From assembly GCA_963720465.1 (NCBI GenBank), contig OY970393.1, positions 2,080,001 to 2,144,000 of the forward strand: 64,000 nucleotides of DNA. The letters run 5' to 3'. The notes beneath the pieces were generated by a model. It was not told the DNA's origin. It worked only from the letters and a program-made list of their open reading frames with translations, and did not search any database. Numbering within the stretch: the stretch's first letter is position 1; each line of letters starts with the position of its first letter. Source of the stretch: Methanobacteriota archaeon (GTDB taxonomy: Archaea > Halobacteriota > Bog-38 > Methanoflorentales > Methanoflorentaceae). Positions 39,295-49,412 of this stretch are shown one piece after another. Both the position numbers and the translations under genes were made by a program.

Positions 39295-40869
39295 ATGGTG
39301 TCAGGCTTTGAAAAATTGACTGCGATCGCGGGCAACGGTGAAGGGGTGGGGCTCGAGTTTAAGGAGTTCTTAACACGAGAAACCCATCTTAAGGGAGAGC
39401 GACGGCAAACTCTCGCGTGTCAAATGAATTACAAACTCCTGCAAGCTGATGGGAAAGCGCAGTATATTGTAGGGATTACCGATTCAGGCTATCTGAAAGG
39501 TATTTCAAGGCCGCAGCTAGATGAGTCAGTGCATGTCTTGCACGCCATCGCTCGCGACGTTGGCGCGGACGTTTGTGGGCTAGAAGAATATGTGGTCAAG
39601 GGAGGTTATATCGGATTAATAACCATTAAAAACGAGCACTCAGAAAGAGACCATATTCTTATTGGAACCGCCGGCCATGTTGACCACGGCAAAAGCACCT
39701 TAGTGGGCACGATTGTAAGCGGCATTCCTGATGATGGGGCAGGAAAAACGAGGCTGTTTTTGGACGTCAAGCCCCATGAAATAGAGAGAGGACTCTCAGC
39801 AGATCTTTCGTACGTAGTGTACGGTTTTAACGAGCACGTCGTCCGACTTAAAAACCCACTTAGCAAGAGAGAACGAGCAGACGTCGTTCAAAATTCCGGA
39901 AAGCTTGTTTCGTTTGTAGATACTGTGGGGCACGAACCGTGGCTCAGAACTACCATAAGGGGAATCGTCGGTCCAAAGCTTGATTACGGCCTTTTAGTCG
40001 TCTCAGCTGACGATGGTGTAACCCACGTCACGCGGGAACATCTAGGCATCTTACTCGCAATGGAACTTCCCACCATTGTCGCATTGACGAAGATCGATAG
40101 AGTTAGTGAGCGGGCTATCCAAGAGGTCGAATCTCAGATCCACGACATCCTGCGTATCGTCGGCCGAGTGCCTTACAAATTGAAAGCGGTCGACGGGGTC
40201 GAGAAGATTTGCGGTAAGGTCGCGCAAGGGCTGCTCGTGCCGATTATACGGACTTCGCCTGTGACTCTTGATGGAATTGAAATCTTGGACGAGCTTTTCA
40301 AGCGCCTGCCAAAAAGGAACATGACTGAGAACGGGGACTTTGAGATTTACATCGACCGCGTTTACCAGATAACTGGCGTTGGGTCCGTAGCCAGCGGCAC
40401 GATCAAGAGCGGCACGGTAGCTGTTGGCGACACGCTCTATCTTGGCCCCGCAAAAGACGATGCATTCTGGCGAGTTAAGATCCAATCGATTGAAATGCAT
40501 CACTGTAAAGTTGAAAAAGCCTCAGCGGGCGATATCGTCGGGCTTGCTGTTAAGGGCGTTAAGCCTCACGACATTGAGCGAGGCATGGTTCTAGCGCGAA
40601 ATAAACCCGCTGCGGTCAGGGAATTTGTCAGTGAAGTATATATCTTGCACCACCCAACGAGGATCGGACACGGTTATGAGCCAGTAATTCACATCGAAAC
40701 GATATCAGAGAGCGTGACCTTTGATCCTGAGCGTGAGTTCATGATGGCCGGCGAGTCTGGGATAGTACGGGTCCGGTTCAAATATCGACCGTATCACGTA
40801 TATATGGGTCAGAAATTCATTTTTAGAGAAGGCAAGAGCAAGGGTGTTGGAACTATAGTAAGCGTTTGA
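39295..40869 (+). CDS. Archaeal GTPBP1-like translational GTPase
   Basis: GHVDHGKS, DTVGHE, TKID; EF-Tu-like domains II/III; N-terminal EFK domain. Confidence 0.9.
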   Translation: MVSGFEKLTAIAGNGEGVGLEFKEFLTRETHLKGERRQTLACQMNYKLLQADGKAQYIVGITDSGYLKGISRPQLDESVHVLHAIARDVGADVCGLEEYVVKGGYIGLITIKNEHSERDHILIGTAGHVDHGKSTLVGTIVSGIPDDGAGKTRLFLDVKPHEIERGLSADLSYVVYGFNEHVVRLKNPLSKRERADVVQNSGKLVSFVDTVGHEPWLRTTIRGIVGPKLDYGLLVVSADDGVTHVTREHLGILLAMELPTIVALTKIDRVSERAIQEVESQIHDILRIVGRVPYKLKAVDGVEKICGKVAQGLLVPIIRTSPVTLDGIEILDELFKRLPKRNMTENGDFEIYIDRVYQITGVGSVASGTIKSGTVAVGDTLYLGPAKDDAFWRVKIQSIEMHHCKVEKASAGDIVGLAVKGVKPHDIERGMVLARNKPAAVREFVSEVYILHHPTRIGHGYEPVIHIETISESVTFDPEREFMMAGESGIVRVRFKYRPYHVYMGQKFIFREGKSKGVGTIVSV

Positions 40870-40898
40870 AGTTACTTCCACGCAACAGATGCGCTAGT

Positions 40899-41837
40899 CT
40901 ATATCCCAAATGATTCCGCGAGCACCGCTTCGTTCAATCGGCCAAACTTGAGCGTGTTATTTGATTGCGCATCCGTGATCGTGACTTGGGCAGGTGCGAA
41001 CATGAACTTGTCTATCTTATAAAAATCATGGTTTGCGTCTTTGAAGGTTTGGTAAAACGGCTTGCCATAGGACGCAGACGTTTCCGAGGGCAGTTTTTCG
41101 AATAGCTCGTCGTACTTATTGACCGTCATGAAGACATTTCCATAGTAGATTATGCCATCGTTCGTCATGCCCATCGCTCGAAGTGAGTCCTTTGTGACGG
41201 GCGCGATCGGGCACGAACCGGCTGCGCTCATTATTTGTAACGTGTCATATCCCAGTTCAGCGGCTTTGTAAACGGCGACTTCAACTACTCTGCCGGCCAC
41301 CTGAACAGTCCCGACAATTGATGACGTCGGCGCGTTAAGAAGTGTCAATTTTGAAGGCTCGAGGTTGCATTGCTCGGCGATCTCGTCTGCAACCTTCTCA
41401 TCGGGCAAATGGTCGCATTCAAGTGCGATTACCCCAAAATCATAATCATCTTCGTAGTCTATCAGTTCGTACGTCTTCTTCGGCTGGCACGACAAAGCTC
41501 GCGCCGGTCCTGAACCCATTGCACTGTAGTTATCGCCCCTTATCGACCAGCCCGCTTTCTGAGACCCAAGCGTGGCAAGAGCGGGATGGTCTGTAAAAAC
41601 GTGGATAAACACCAGGGGCGTATCTTTCAACGTCTGCACAGTGAGCCTGACAGACCCGAGCCCACCGAGGCATATTTCGGTAAACATCTCGCCAGCTTCG
41701 TAGCCACCCTCAACATTAACGCCGCAGTCAATAACCGTAGAACCGTTGTCAAGCTCAAGCGCCTCGATCTTCAGTTCTTCGGTGTAGTCTAACATTTCTT
41801 CAACGATTCCCATAGAGATTTCATTAACGCTAAGCAC
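40899..41837 (-). CDS. mch: Methenyl-H4MPT cyclohydrolase
   Basis: IDCGVNV.GG, SQKAGW, GSGPARAL, FYKID..FAPA. Confidence 0.96.
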   Translation of the reverse strand: MLSVNEISMGIVEEMLDYTEELKIEALELDNGSTVIDCGVNVEGGYEAGEMFTEICLGGLGSVRLTVQTLKDTPLVFIHVFTDHPALATLGSQKAGWSIRGDNYSAMGSGPARALSCQPKKTYELIDYEDDYDFGVIALECDHLPDEKVADEIAEQCNLEPSKLTLLNAPTSSIVGTVQVAGRVVEVAVYKAAELGYDTLQIMSAAGSCPIAPVTKDSLRAMGMTNDGIIYYGNVFMTVNKYDELFEKLPSETSASYGKPFYQTFKDANHDFYKIDKFMFAPAQVTITDAQSNNTLKFGRLNEAVLAESFGI

Positions 41838-41915
41838 ATTATCAACTCCAAGATTTAGATAGGATAAAGGCTATATTTCTCTTGCGATCAGACTTGTATG
41901 CCTCAGCGGGGGTGA

Positions 41916-42836
41916 TTAGTCAGCTCTAGCTTCCATACGTACTTTGGCTATTTCAAGATGCCTCAGTTTGTCAAAGGCAGCCAATCGAGGCAAATTGGCG
42001 AGCGTTTTACTCGGAGAAATCCAAACGTGCTCTTGACCAAAGGCTTCAATGAACGGGCCAACCCGCTTTTCGAGAGCTTCAATTGATTCTGGTTGCGCCT
42101 TTGATGAATCTACACATCCTACACAGGCTACTTTTTCGTGCACCTCAAAAAGTTCTTTAAATTTAAGCGTCGCGTTATTCTGGGCGAAATCAACAACGTC
42201 AAAGGAAATGACCGCGATTTTTGCTTCTAACAGCTTTGGAAAGGCTTCGCTCACGTTTCCTTCGAAGTGACAAACGGGCGTTTTCACTCTTTTGAAAAGT
42301 ACCGACAGCAGGTCTAAAAATACGTCAAGATCGCGGACGATCCCGATGGGTTCGATGATTTGGATCAAGCTTGCGTGGTTCTCTCTCAGCGCGTCGATTT
42401 CGTAGCGAAGCACAGATGCTATATCAAATAGCAAGTTCACGTCATGTTTGGATCTGTACGGCGCTTTTGGGTCTAGTACGCAGCTTTCGGCAAATGAGAA
42501 CGGGCCCGGCAACACTGCCTTGACACGCGCTACGTCGCCACATTCTCTCGCAGCCGTAAGAAAATCCAATTCTGCTGTTGTACTGTGCAGAGTCCCCAAG
42601 GTGTTTTGAATTCGTGGGCGATCATCCATAAGCATTCCGGGAACATTGGATGCGAGCAGGTGAGTGACATGCCTCACTTGACCGTCTGTAACGATGTCCA
42701 CGCCGGCTCTTAGCTGGTCCTGAACCGCCTTTTTGACCGCAACGGTGAATGGGTTCTCGCCACCTACTCGGACGTATTCTCGTATAGAGTTGAGGTCCGG
42801 TCGTGTTGGGTAACCGCTCAAGTTCGCTGAGAGCAT
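41916..42836 (-). CDS. Cobalamin-independent methionine synthase-like (single-barrel) protein, divergent
   Basis: AVQDQLRAGVDIVTDGQVR, KAVLPGPFS, GCVD..ES; Cys zinc ligands missing. Confidence 0.75.
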   Translation of the reverse strand: MLSANLSGYPTRPDLNSIREYVRVGGENPFTVAVKKAVQDQLRAGVDIVTDGQVRHVTHLLASNVPGMLMDDRPRIQNTLGTLHSTTAELDFLTAARECGDVARVKAVLPGPFSFAESCVLDPKAPYRSKHDVNLLFDIASVLRYEIDALRENHASLIQIIEPIGIVRDLDVFLDLLSVLFKRVKTPVCHFEGNVSEAFPKLLEAKIAVISFDVVDFAQNNATLKFKELFEVHEKVACVGCVDSSKAQPESIEALEKRVGPFIEAFGQEHVWISPSKTLANLPRLAAFDKLRHLEIAKVRMEARAD

Positions 42837-42837
42837 G

Positions 42838-43905
42838 CTATGAACCCGCCGGCAGCATTTTTTCTTGTTGCGTCTCTCGGTACGTCCTGTACAAAGCGAG
42901 GGCCAGGCCGTAAGCCGCCGGCCCTATGACGAAGCCGATCGGCCCGAGTGCTAAAATGGGGGCCGTGAACGCAAGAATCGTCAGTGCTTGAGGCACCCTG
43001 CCCGTGCGATGGGCCCACATCGGAAGTATGTACAAACCTACAAGTTGATCAAGCACTGCCCAGCTAAAAATCAAAAGAACCACGGCTCTTATCGGATCTC
43101 CGATAAGCAGGTAATACAATGTGAGCGGTACGTACACGATTGCTCGCCCAATGACTGGGATCAGCCCAAAAATCGCAATGAGTATTGCGAACGTAATGAA
43201 ATAGGGCACACCGAGGATTGCATATCCCACAGCCGCTAAGATGCCACTCACGATACTAGATCCGAGATTGACGACGTAGAGTGAGTAATAAATGAGTTGT
43301 AGGTGTCCCAGAAACCGATTTACGACGGTTTGATACTCCGCCGGTACTAGCGTGGTCATCTCGTCGAAGAAATCCTTGCCACGCAGCAAGAGGTAGTAGA
43401 GAAGCAAAGTCACGATCACCAGTTCGACGATGTAGAGCGGTATGTTTAGAATCACCCGTTCTATGACACTTGTTGAACTCGCTAGCAGATCCTGCAGAAT
43501 GGTCGACAATATCTGAGAGATCCTACCCTGTAAGCTTGCCACTTGGAGGCTCTCGCTTATTCGCGCGCTAAGGTTCGTGATTAGACTTGCGAAGCCCTGG
43601 TTGAGCAAGTTGTTAAGGTTTTCAGAAGAGATAGACAAACTCGCGATCTCACTGTACAATATGTAAACGATGTCTAGCAATACGAAAGCGAGCGCCGCGA
43701 AGATGGAAACGATGACGATTAGAATGGCGCTTCGCCGTCGGTGTATGCGTTTTTCGAGCCACGCAGTGGGGTATTGTAGAATAAAAGCGAGCAACAGCGT
43801 TATGGCAATGACGTCTTTGAATGGCCACGAGATAAAGACAAGGACTGTGGCAACACTCGCTACGAGAACTAGGAGTACTAGCCTATCGCGTAGCTTTTTG
43901 TCCAT
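42838..43905 (-). CDS. AI-2E family transporter
   Basis: Multi-TM; GVPY, LIPVIG, GPIGFVIGP. Confidence 0.88.
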   Translation of the reverse strand: MDKKLRDRLVLLVLVASVATVLVFISWPFKDVIAITLLLAFILQYPTAWLEKRIHRRRSAILIVIVSIFAALAFVLLDIVYILYSEIASLSISSENLNNLLNQGFASLITNLSARISESLQVASLQGRISQILSTILQDLLASSTSVIERVILNIPLYIVELVIVTLLLYYLLLRGKDFFDEMTTLVPAEYQTVVNRFLGHLQLIYYSLYVVNLGSSIVSGILAAVGYAILGVPYFITFAILIAIFGLIPVIGRAIVYVPLTLYYLLIGDPIRAVVLLIFSWAVLDQLVGLYILPMWAHRTGRVPQALTILAFTAPILALGPIGFVIGPAAYGLALALYRTYRETQQEKMLPAGS

Positions 43906-44010
43906 AGATCCTGTGCGGCCCCTTCCTCAACTCACTACTCATCCGAGATCAAGCTTTCTATGCGCGCGCATCGACAGCGTTATTATCTCCGTCCTCGTGT
44001 AATTCACCGC

Positions 44011-44370
44011 ATGGACCGACTAAACAAGATCTTTGAATTGCAGGCGAGCTTTGACGAATCCGTTCAAAATCGCGCCCCTTTTAACGAGTGGAGCAGAGAA
44101 GACCAGGTCGTCGCCTTGCTTGGGCATTTGATACAGGAGTCTTACGAGACGCGCAACACGCTAGGCGTCGTCATCACCGGTGAGAGGAAGTGGTGGAAAA
44201 AACACACACTGTCTGCGGAAAAGTGGGCTAGCGTTCACGAAGAACTAATTGATTGCTTGCACTTCCTCGTGTCTGCAATGATCAGCGCAGGTCTGACGCC
44301 ACAAACTGTCATCGAAGCGTATGAAAAAAAGAACCTCGTTAATAGAAAGAGGCAAGCTGAGGACTACTAA
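44011..44370 (+). CDS. All-alpha (dimeric) dUTPase-like protein
   Basis: IFELQ..FD, KWWK, EELIDCLHF, YEKKN.VN..RQ...Y. Confidence 0.8.
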   Translation: MDRLNKIFELQASFDESVQNRAPFNEWSREDQVVALLGHLIQESYETRNTLGVVITGERKWWKKHTLSAEKWASVHEELIDCLHFLVSAMISAGLTPQTVIEAYEKKNLVNRKRQAEDY

Positions 44371-45557
44371 ATCTTAATCTTTCCATACCAACCGCCCCTG
44401 CCCACAAACTCGAAGTCGATAGCGTCTTTTCTGAACCGTTCAAGCACTTCCGCGAGTTCTGGGTGCTGTTGCCTCACATCACCTAGAGGCGCATCGATTA
44501 GAATGTTTATTTCGTTATGAAATTCCCGTATCAGTTCGCCGTAACTCTTCTTGACGTTCATAGCCTTAGACCGCTTCATAGCCTTGGACCGCTTCATAGC
44601 CTTCAGTATCTCTAAGAGCGGCACAGTGTGTCTATAAGGTGGTCTTCGTGCTAATGGAACCTCGCCACTCTTGAGCGCAAGGAGTCGAATTCTATCTTTG
44701 ACACCTATTTTGAGTGGCCCGCCGCACTCGGGACAGGTTTTTAGCACGTTTCCGTCAACGGTGATATCTTCTAGGTCGTAAGCTTTTTTGCAGCGATGAC
44801 ATCCTGTCAGATGGTACTTGCCCTCTCGTGGATCGAGACCCACGTTGAGGGCTACCCCCCGACCGTTGACGCCTTGGAATGCTCGACGTATCTCTTTAAA
44901 ACTTGGGCGTCGCAAGCAGAATCGCGTAAACTCTCTGCCTAACTTGTCAGGCACCGCGGAATGTGCGTCACTGAAAGACACGAAGGCGCATGAATCCAAC
45001 TCTGCTAGCTTGCTGGCCATTTCGGTGTCGGCACTTAGTCCAAGCTCTAGAAAAGTGACAAGATCTGTATTCTCCCCATAACACTCACGAATGCTATCGT
45101 AAGCGGCATACATTGATGTCCAAGGAGTGAAGGCGTGTGACGGCCCCGCGAGTGCGTCGACGTCACGAACTAAACTAATAAGCTCTTCAGGCGATACTCT
45201 GAGCTGAGGTCTGCCGCCAGTTAATTGGGAATACCCGTTGTCCAACACCACTTCGCGCAGTTCGTGCGCGGAAGAGAAATTCGGAAACAATATCACATGA
45301 TGAACACGCCCCTTGACCGTTGTTTCAATTTCAGTTTGAATAACATACGCAATTCCATCAATCTCGTAACAGTCTCCACGCTTTTCTAAGCTCGATTCTA
45401 GCTCTTCTAGCCATGCGCTGTGAAGACTATCGCCAGTTCCGAGCACTTGAATGCCTTTCAAATGAGCAGTTTCACACATTCGCGGCAGATCCATCTTGGG
45501 GCTCGTCGCGATGCTGAAACGTGAGTGCACGTGCAGATCTACGTCAAAGTGCTTCAT
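44367..45557 (-). CDS. Endonuclease Q family (PHP domain + Zn ribbon)
   Basis: DLHVHSRFS, HAFTPW, ELGLSAD, SDAHS...LGRE, GKYH..C..C...CPECG. Confidence 0.88.
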   Translation of the reverse strand: MKHFDVDLHVHSRFSIATSPKMDLPRMCETAHLKGIQVLGTGDSLHSAWLEELESSLEKRGDCYEIDGIAYVIQTEIETTVKGRVHHVILFPNFSSAHELREVVLDNGYSQLTGGRPQLRVSPEELISLVRDVDALAGPSHAFTPWTSMYAAYDSIRECYGENTDLVTFLELGLSADTEMASKLAELDSCAFVSFSDAHSAVPDKLGREFTRFCLRRPSFKEIRRAFQGVNGRGVALNVGLDPREGKYHLTGCHRCKKAYDLEDITVDGNVLKTCPECGGPLKIGVKDRIRLLALKSGEVPLARRPPYRHTVPLLEILKAMKRSKAMKRSKAMNVKKSYGELIREFHNEINILIDAPLGDVRQQHPELAEVLERFRKDAIDFEFVGRGGWYGKIKI

Positions 45558-45695
45558 CTCTGGGTATTTCGTAAAACAGATATAAATAGCTAAATACCTC
45601 ATAATCGCTATCGTGAAGACGAACATCCAAGTAGTTTTTAAGTCAAGAAAAAGAGTATACGTGGGAAAGCTAGACGCCTGAAGCGATTGAGCTCT

Positions 45696-46568
45696 ATGGA
45701 TAAACTTTACACAGCAATCACTGAGGCTGCCAATGAGCTGGCAAAAAAAATCAATGCAGCACATATTTTTGTGATCTCAGATGCATCGTGTATCGAGGTG
45801 TCCTGCGACGTCCCTTCAACTTTTATTGAAACCTCTTCGCTAACGAAAGGTGTCACTAATGAGTTGCAAGACCTCCTAAGCGAAAGCGCAACCCAGGACC
45901 TCAAAACTAAAATCGTCGCACCAGCGCTCAATGATTTCGCGCTTGTGCAGGACATTGCCACCGCGGCCTATGTTCAGGATGTAGTAAGTGGGGGCTACAT
46001 CGTTGGTGTGTTATGCCTGGCGGATCTATCGTCTATCGTTGTCTGTGACGTCAAACAGCTTGTAACGGTGCAGGCTATAGATCGGACAGCGGAACGCGTG
46101 GAGCCAACGGCGCTAAAAGCGGTGTTGCGATTGGCTCTTGAATTGGGAAGAGAGGGCCGAGAGGGCAAGAAAGTGGGAACGGCATTCATAGTTGGAGACA
46201 CGAATGAAGTGCTAAGAAGATCTCATCAGCTTATTCTAAATCCGTACAAGGGACACGCCGAAGATATGCGGGACATAAAGAATCCATCGCATTGGGAAAC
46301 CGTCAAAGAATTTGCTCAGATAGACGGCGTGTTTATCGTAGATGAGAAAGGTTTCATCACATCAGCCGGCAGATACTTAGACGTAAACACAAAATCAATA
46401 GAGTTAGAGGGGTTAGGGGGGCGACATTTATCGGCGCTCGCGATCACGCGCGAGACACACGCAATAGCAATAACCGTTTCAGAAAGCGGGGGAACAGTCC
46501 GCCTTTTCAAAGACGGCATCGAAACCAGAATCGAGCCGAGCGCTGACCTATTTATGCTCCTACCTTAA
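45696..46568 (+). CDS. dacZ: Diadenylate cyclase (DacZ type)
   Basis: EGREGKKVGT, KEFAQIDG, GGRH, VSESGG. Confidence 0.88.
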   Translation: MDKLYTAITEAANELAKKINAAHIFVISDASCIEVSCDVPSTFIETSSLTKGVTNELQDLLSESATQDLKTKIVAPALNDFALVQDIATAAYVQDVVSGGYIVGVLCLADLSSIVVCDVKQLVTVQAIDRTAERVEPTALKAVLRLALELGREGREGKKVGTAFIVGDTNEVLRRSHQLILNPYKGHAEDMRDIKNPSHWETVKEFAQIDGVFIVDEKGFITSAGRYLDVNTKSIELEGLGGRHLSALAITRETHAIAITVSESGGTVRLFKDGIETRIEPSADLFMLLP

Positions 46569-46788
46569 TGCGATCACTCAGCTGAGGCGATTACTCAGCT
46601 GCAGAGGTCTTAGCACCGAATCAGCGAAGTGAATCTCTCTTTGTTCTCTCAGAATTTGCTCGCCTATCGTTTTTGGGCTCGCCGATTTATATTTCCTTTG
46701 GTCTAGCTGTCTGTTCAATCCGCGCGCTGAAAAAGCGTCTTGTGTGAGGAGCTAAAAAGAAAGCTGAATGCACGAGTGACAACGTTTA

Positions 46789-46894
46789 TGCGGGGGGTGC
46801 GATTTGAACGCACGAACTCCTATGAGACAGGGTATCTTACTTGCACGTCGCAGCCCTAAGCCCTGCGCCTTTGACCTAGCTTGGCAACCCCCGC
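46789..46894 (-). tRNA. tRNA-Leu(TAG) with 21-nt intron (46834-46854) at position 37/38
   Basis: GCGGGGG/CCCCCGC acceptor stem, CAGGG-CT-TAG-G anticodon arm, BHB with CTTA/TAAG helix, long variable arm, GTTCAAATC. Confidence 0.95.
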
Positions 46895-46903
46895 TAAGCA
46901 CTC

Positions 46904-47488
46904 TCATGTGTTGCTATTATTTAAAAATCTGGCTGCAGCGTATGCAACGATTATGAAGACCGGTGTAAGCAGGAAAGTGAAAATGGCGATCTGCGTGATA
47001 TCGCCTGTCGGTATGGGTGGGTGAGTGCCCAAAAAATAATCCGCGTAATCGTTTGCAAAAAACCATATGAGCGCAACGGCGATGAACCTCTGCCTCAGAT
47101 GTCGAATTAACATCACCGGCAGAATGAACTCGGCAGCCATCGCGACGTGCAAAAGAACCAGCAGTGAGTAGAAACTACTGTCGATTGAAAAATAGAACCC
47201 AGCGAAGGTCAAAATGACGAATACGGTCCACGTGCCGTATTTTGCCAATCCTATTGCGGTGATGAAATTGACGAGATCGGAACTACGCCTCGTGCTCACG
47301 TAAACGGCGAAAATTGCCGCGGCGAGCATAGTGTACAGAGGGCAGTCTGGAATGAATATCCAATAAACCGGGCTCGAAGAAACTAGCTGATCCCAGTAGT
47401 AGTAGAAGCCGATTAGCGTTCCCGCGACGTTGATAATTATGATCGCAACTAATAGCGGCGTGTTTTCCAAGATACCGCGGAGTTTCAC
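46904..47488 (-). CDS. DUF1405 membrane protein
   Basis: GFYYYWDQL, FIPDCP, KYGTW, NDYADY...HP. Confidence 0.85.
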   Translation of the reverse strand: MKLRGILENTPLLVAIIIINVAGTLIGFYYYWDQLVSSSPVYWIFIPDCPLYTMLAAAIFAVYVSTRRSSDLVNFITAIGLAKYGTWTVFVILTFAGFYFSIDSSFYSLLVLLHVAMAAEFILPVMLIRHLRQRFIAVALIWFFANDYADYFLGTHPPIPTGDITQIAIFTFLLTPVFIIVAYAAARFLNNSNT

Positions 47489-47973
47489 GTCGTGTATTCA
47501 CTCCTAATCTCTCGAGCGGGCACACCGCCGACCAGAGCGTCGCTGGTGATGTCTCGGTTAACAAGAGAGCAAGCAGAAATCGTGGCTCCGCTTCCGATGA
47601 CTACGCCTGCTAGGACAGTCGAGTTTGCTCCTATCAGAACATTTTTGCCGATTTCGATCGGGCCTTTTTTCCATTTGCCTATCAGGAATTCGTGACAAAG
47701 CAGGGTAGACCCGTATCCGATGATGGAGTTGTCGCCAATTTCTATAAGTTCAGGAAAAAAGATGTCAAAAGTGACTTCCAGACCGACAGAAACGTTCTTG
47801 CCGATTTTGATCCCAATTGAACGATATAGCGCGTTTTTTGTTTTCAGTGAAGGCATCGAGCCGCATACGCGCACAACGACGTAGTTTAGGGCCACTCGCA
47901 GCGGGTTTTTGACTTTGGACCAGTCCCACATTGAGTTACGTTCGTGAGCCGCATACTCTGTTAATCGACGCAC
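47485..47973 (-). CDS. Hexapeptide-repeat acyltransferase
   Basis: DIFFPELIEIGDNSIIG, GGVPA; GTG start inferred. Confidence 0.85.
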   Translation of the reverse strand: MRRLTEYAAHERNSMWDWSKVKNPLRVALNYVVVRVCGSMPSLKTKNALYRSIGIKIGKNVSVGLEVTFDIFFPELIEIGDNSIIGYGSTLLCHEFLIGKWKKGPIEIGKNVLIGANSTVLAGVVIGSGATISACSLVNRDITSDALVGGVPAREIRSEYTT

Positions 47974-48098
47974 GTAGTATTCAACGCGTATCTCTCGATT
48001 TATAGTTTTACCAAAACATTTAATTTTAATGCGGAGAGGATTCTGAGTGTAATTTTGTTCATTTAACTGGTAAATCAATTGGAAAACGGAGGCCTGTC

Positions 48099-49412
48099 AT
48101 GTTTGGATCTTCCGGAATTCGCGGAGTGGCCAACAAGGAGCTGACCTCAGAATTGGCGCTCAGTGTTGGGCTAGCCGTCGGATCTCGATGCAAATCTGCC
48201 GTTATAGGCAGAGATCCTCGGATCGCAAGCGAGATGGTTGAATATGCGCTTATCTCAGGGCTCACCGCCTGTGGGTGTGACGTCACTCGAATCGGCCTCG
48301 TCTCGACGCCGACTCTTTCTTACGCAGCCCGCAACTACGAATGTGGGGTTATGGTTACAGCCTCACATAACCCTGCTGAATATGTTGGCATCAAATTGTG
48401 GAACGCAGATGGCACTTCATTTAATAGCGAGCAGCAGGAAGACATCGAGTCATTGATCACGGAAGAAGAATCGCACCCTGCGTACAGAGGTAAGCGGGCC
48501 GGCTGGGACGCTATTGGCAACATTGCGTCTTATGGCAATGCCATCGATGACCATAAAAAGAACATCCTTAGTCATTTCACCGACGTAAGCTGTCGCGTGG
48601 TTGTCGATTGCGGCTCAGGCGCAGGGGCGACAATCACGCCATACGTGCTTAGAGAGATGGGATGCGACATCATCACGCTGAATGCGCAGCCCGATGGGTT
48701 CTTCCCCGCAAGAAATCCAGAGCCTATAAAAAGCAACTTAAACCTCCTCATTGAAGCTGTGCGAAGCTTCCGCGCCGATATCGGTATAGCCCACGACGGT
48801 GACGCCGATCGTATGATGGCGGTCGACCGAAGTGGCAGGTATATTGCCGGCGATGAAATGCTCGCGTTGTTCGGCGTGAACGAGGCAAAAAAGATTGCAG
48901 TTTATCCCGTTGACGTTTCGCACATGGTCGATGACGTTCTCACCTGCGCAATTCATCGAACACGCGTAGGTGACGTGTACGTCGCGGAAGAGGTCAAGCG
49001 TGCAGGAGCGGACTTCGGTGGCGAAAGTAGCGGTAGCTGGATTTTTCCCCGGATTTCATATACTCCGGACGGTATCTATGCGGCGGCACTGATCGTGTCG
49101 ATCGCTAGTCGGCAATCGATCTCCGACGTGATTGCACGGTTTCCCAAGTATCACATTTTGCGGGGGTCGGTCACCTACAGCAGCCGAAACGATCCAATGG
49201 CTGCGATTACTCAAGAATTGCGCTCTCTCGAATATACTGAGATAATAACCATTGACGGCGTAAGGCTTGATTTTGAAGACGGCTGGATGCTAGTGAGAAG
49301 ATCAGGAACAGAACCGAAGATAAGAATTACAGCGGAGGCAAGAGACTCAGCAATGGCAAAACGGCTTTATGAAAAAGCGTCGGCATTAGTGCAGAGGCAC
49401 ATAGAATGTTAG
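48099..49412 (+). CDS. glmM: Phosphoglucosamine mutase
   Basis: FGSSGIRG, TASHNP, DGDADR, GGESSG, RRSGTEP. Confidence 0.92.
   Translation: MFGSSGIRGVANKELTSELALSVGLAVGSRCKSAVIGRDPRIASEMVEYALISGLTACGCDVTRIGLVSTPTLSYAARNYECGVMVTASHNPAEYVGIKLWNADGTSFNSEQQEDIESLITEEESHPAYRGKRAGWDAIGNIASYGNAIDDHKKNILSHFTDVSCRVVVDCGSGAGATITPYVLREMGCDIITLNAQPDGFFPARNPEPIKSNLNLLIEAVRSFRADIGIAHDGDADRMMAVDRSGRYIAGDEMLALFGVNEAKKIAVYPVDVSHMVDDVLTCAIHRTRVGDVYVAEEVKRAGADFGGESSGSWIFPRISYTPDGIYAAALIVSIASRQSISDVIARFPKYHILRGSVTYSSRNDPMAAITQELRSLEYTEIITIDGVRLDFEDGWMLVRRSGTEPKIRITAEARDSAMAKRLYEKASALVQRHIEC

Noticed and set aside
46789-46894. tRNA-Leu as the integration site of the element
   Set aside because: No duplicate of the tRNA sequence was seen in the window; the element ends match the SWIM gene instead.
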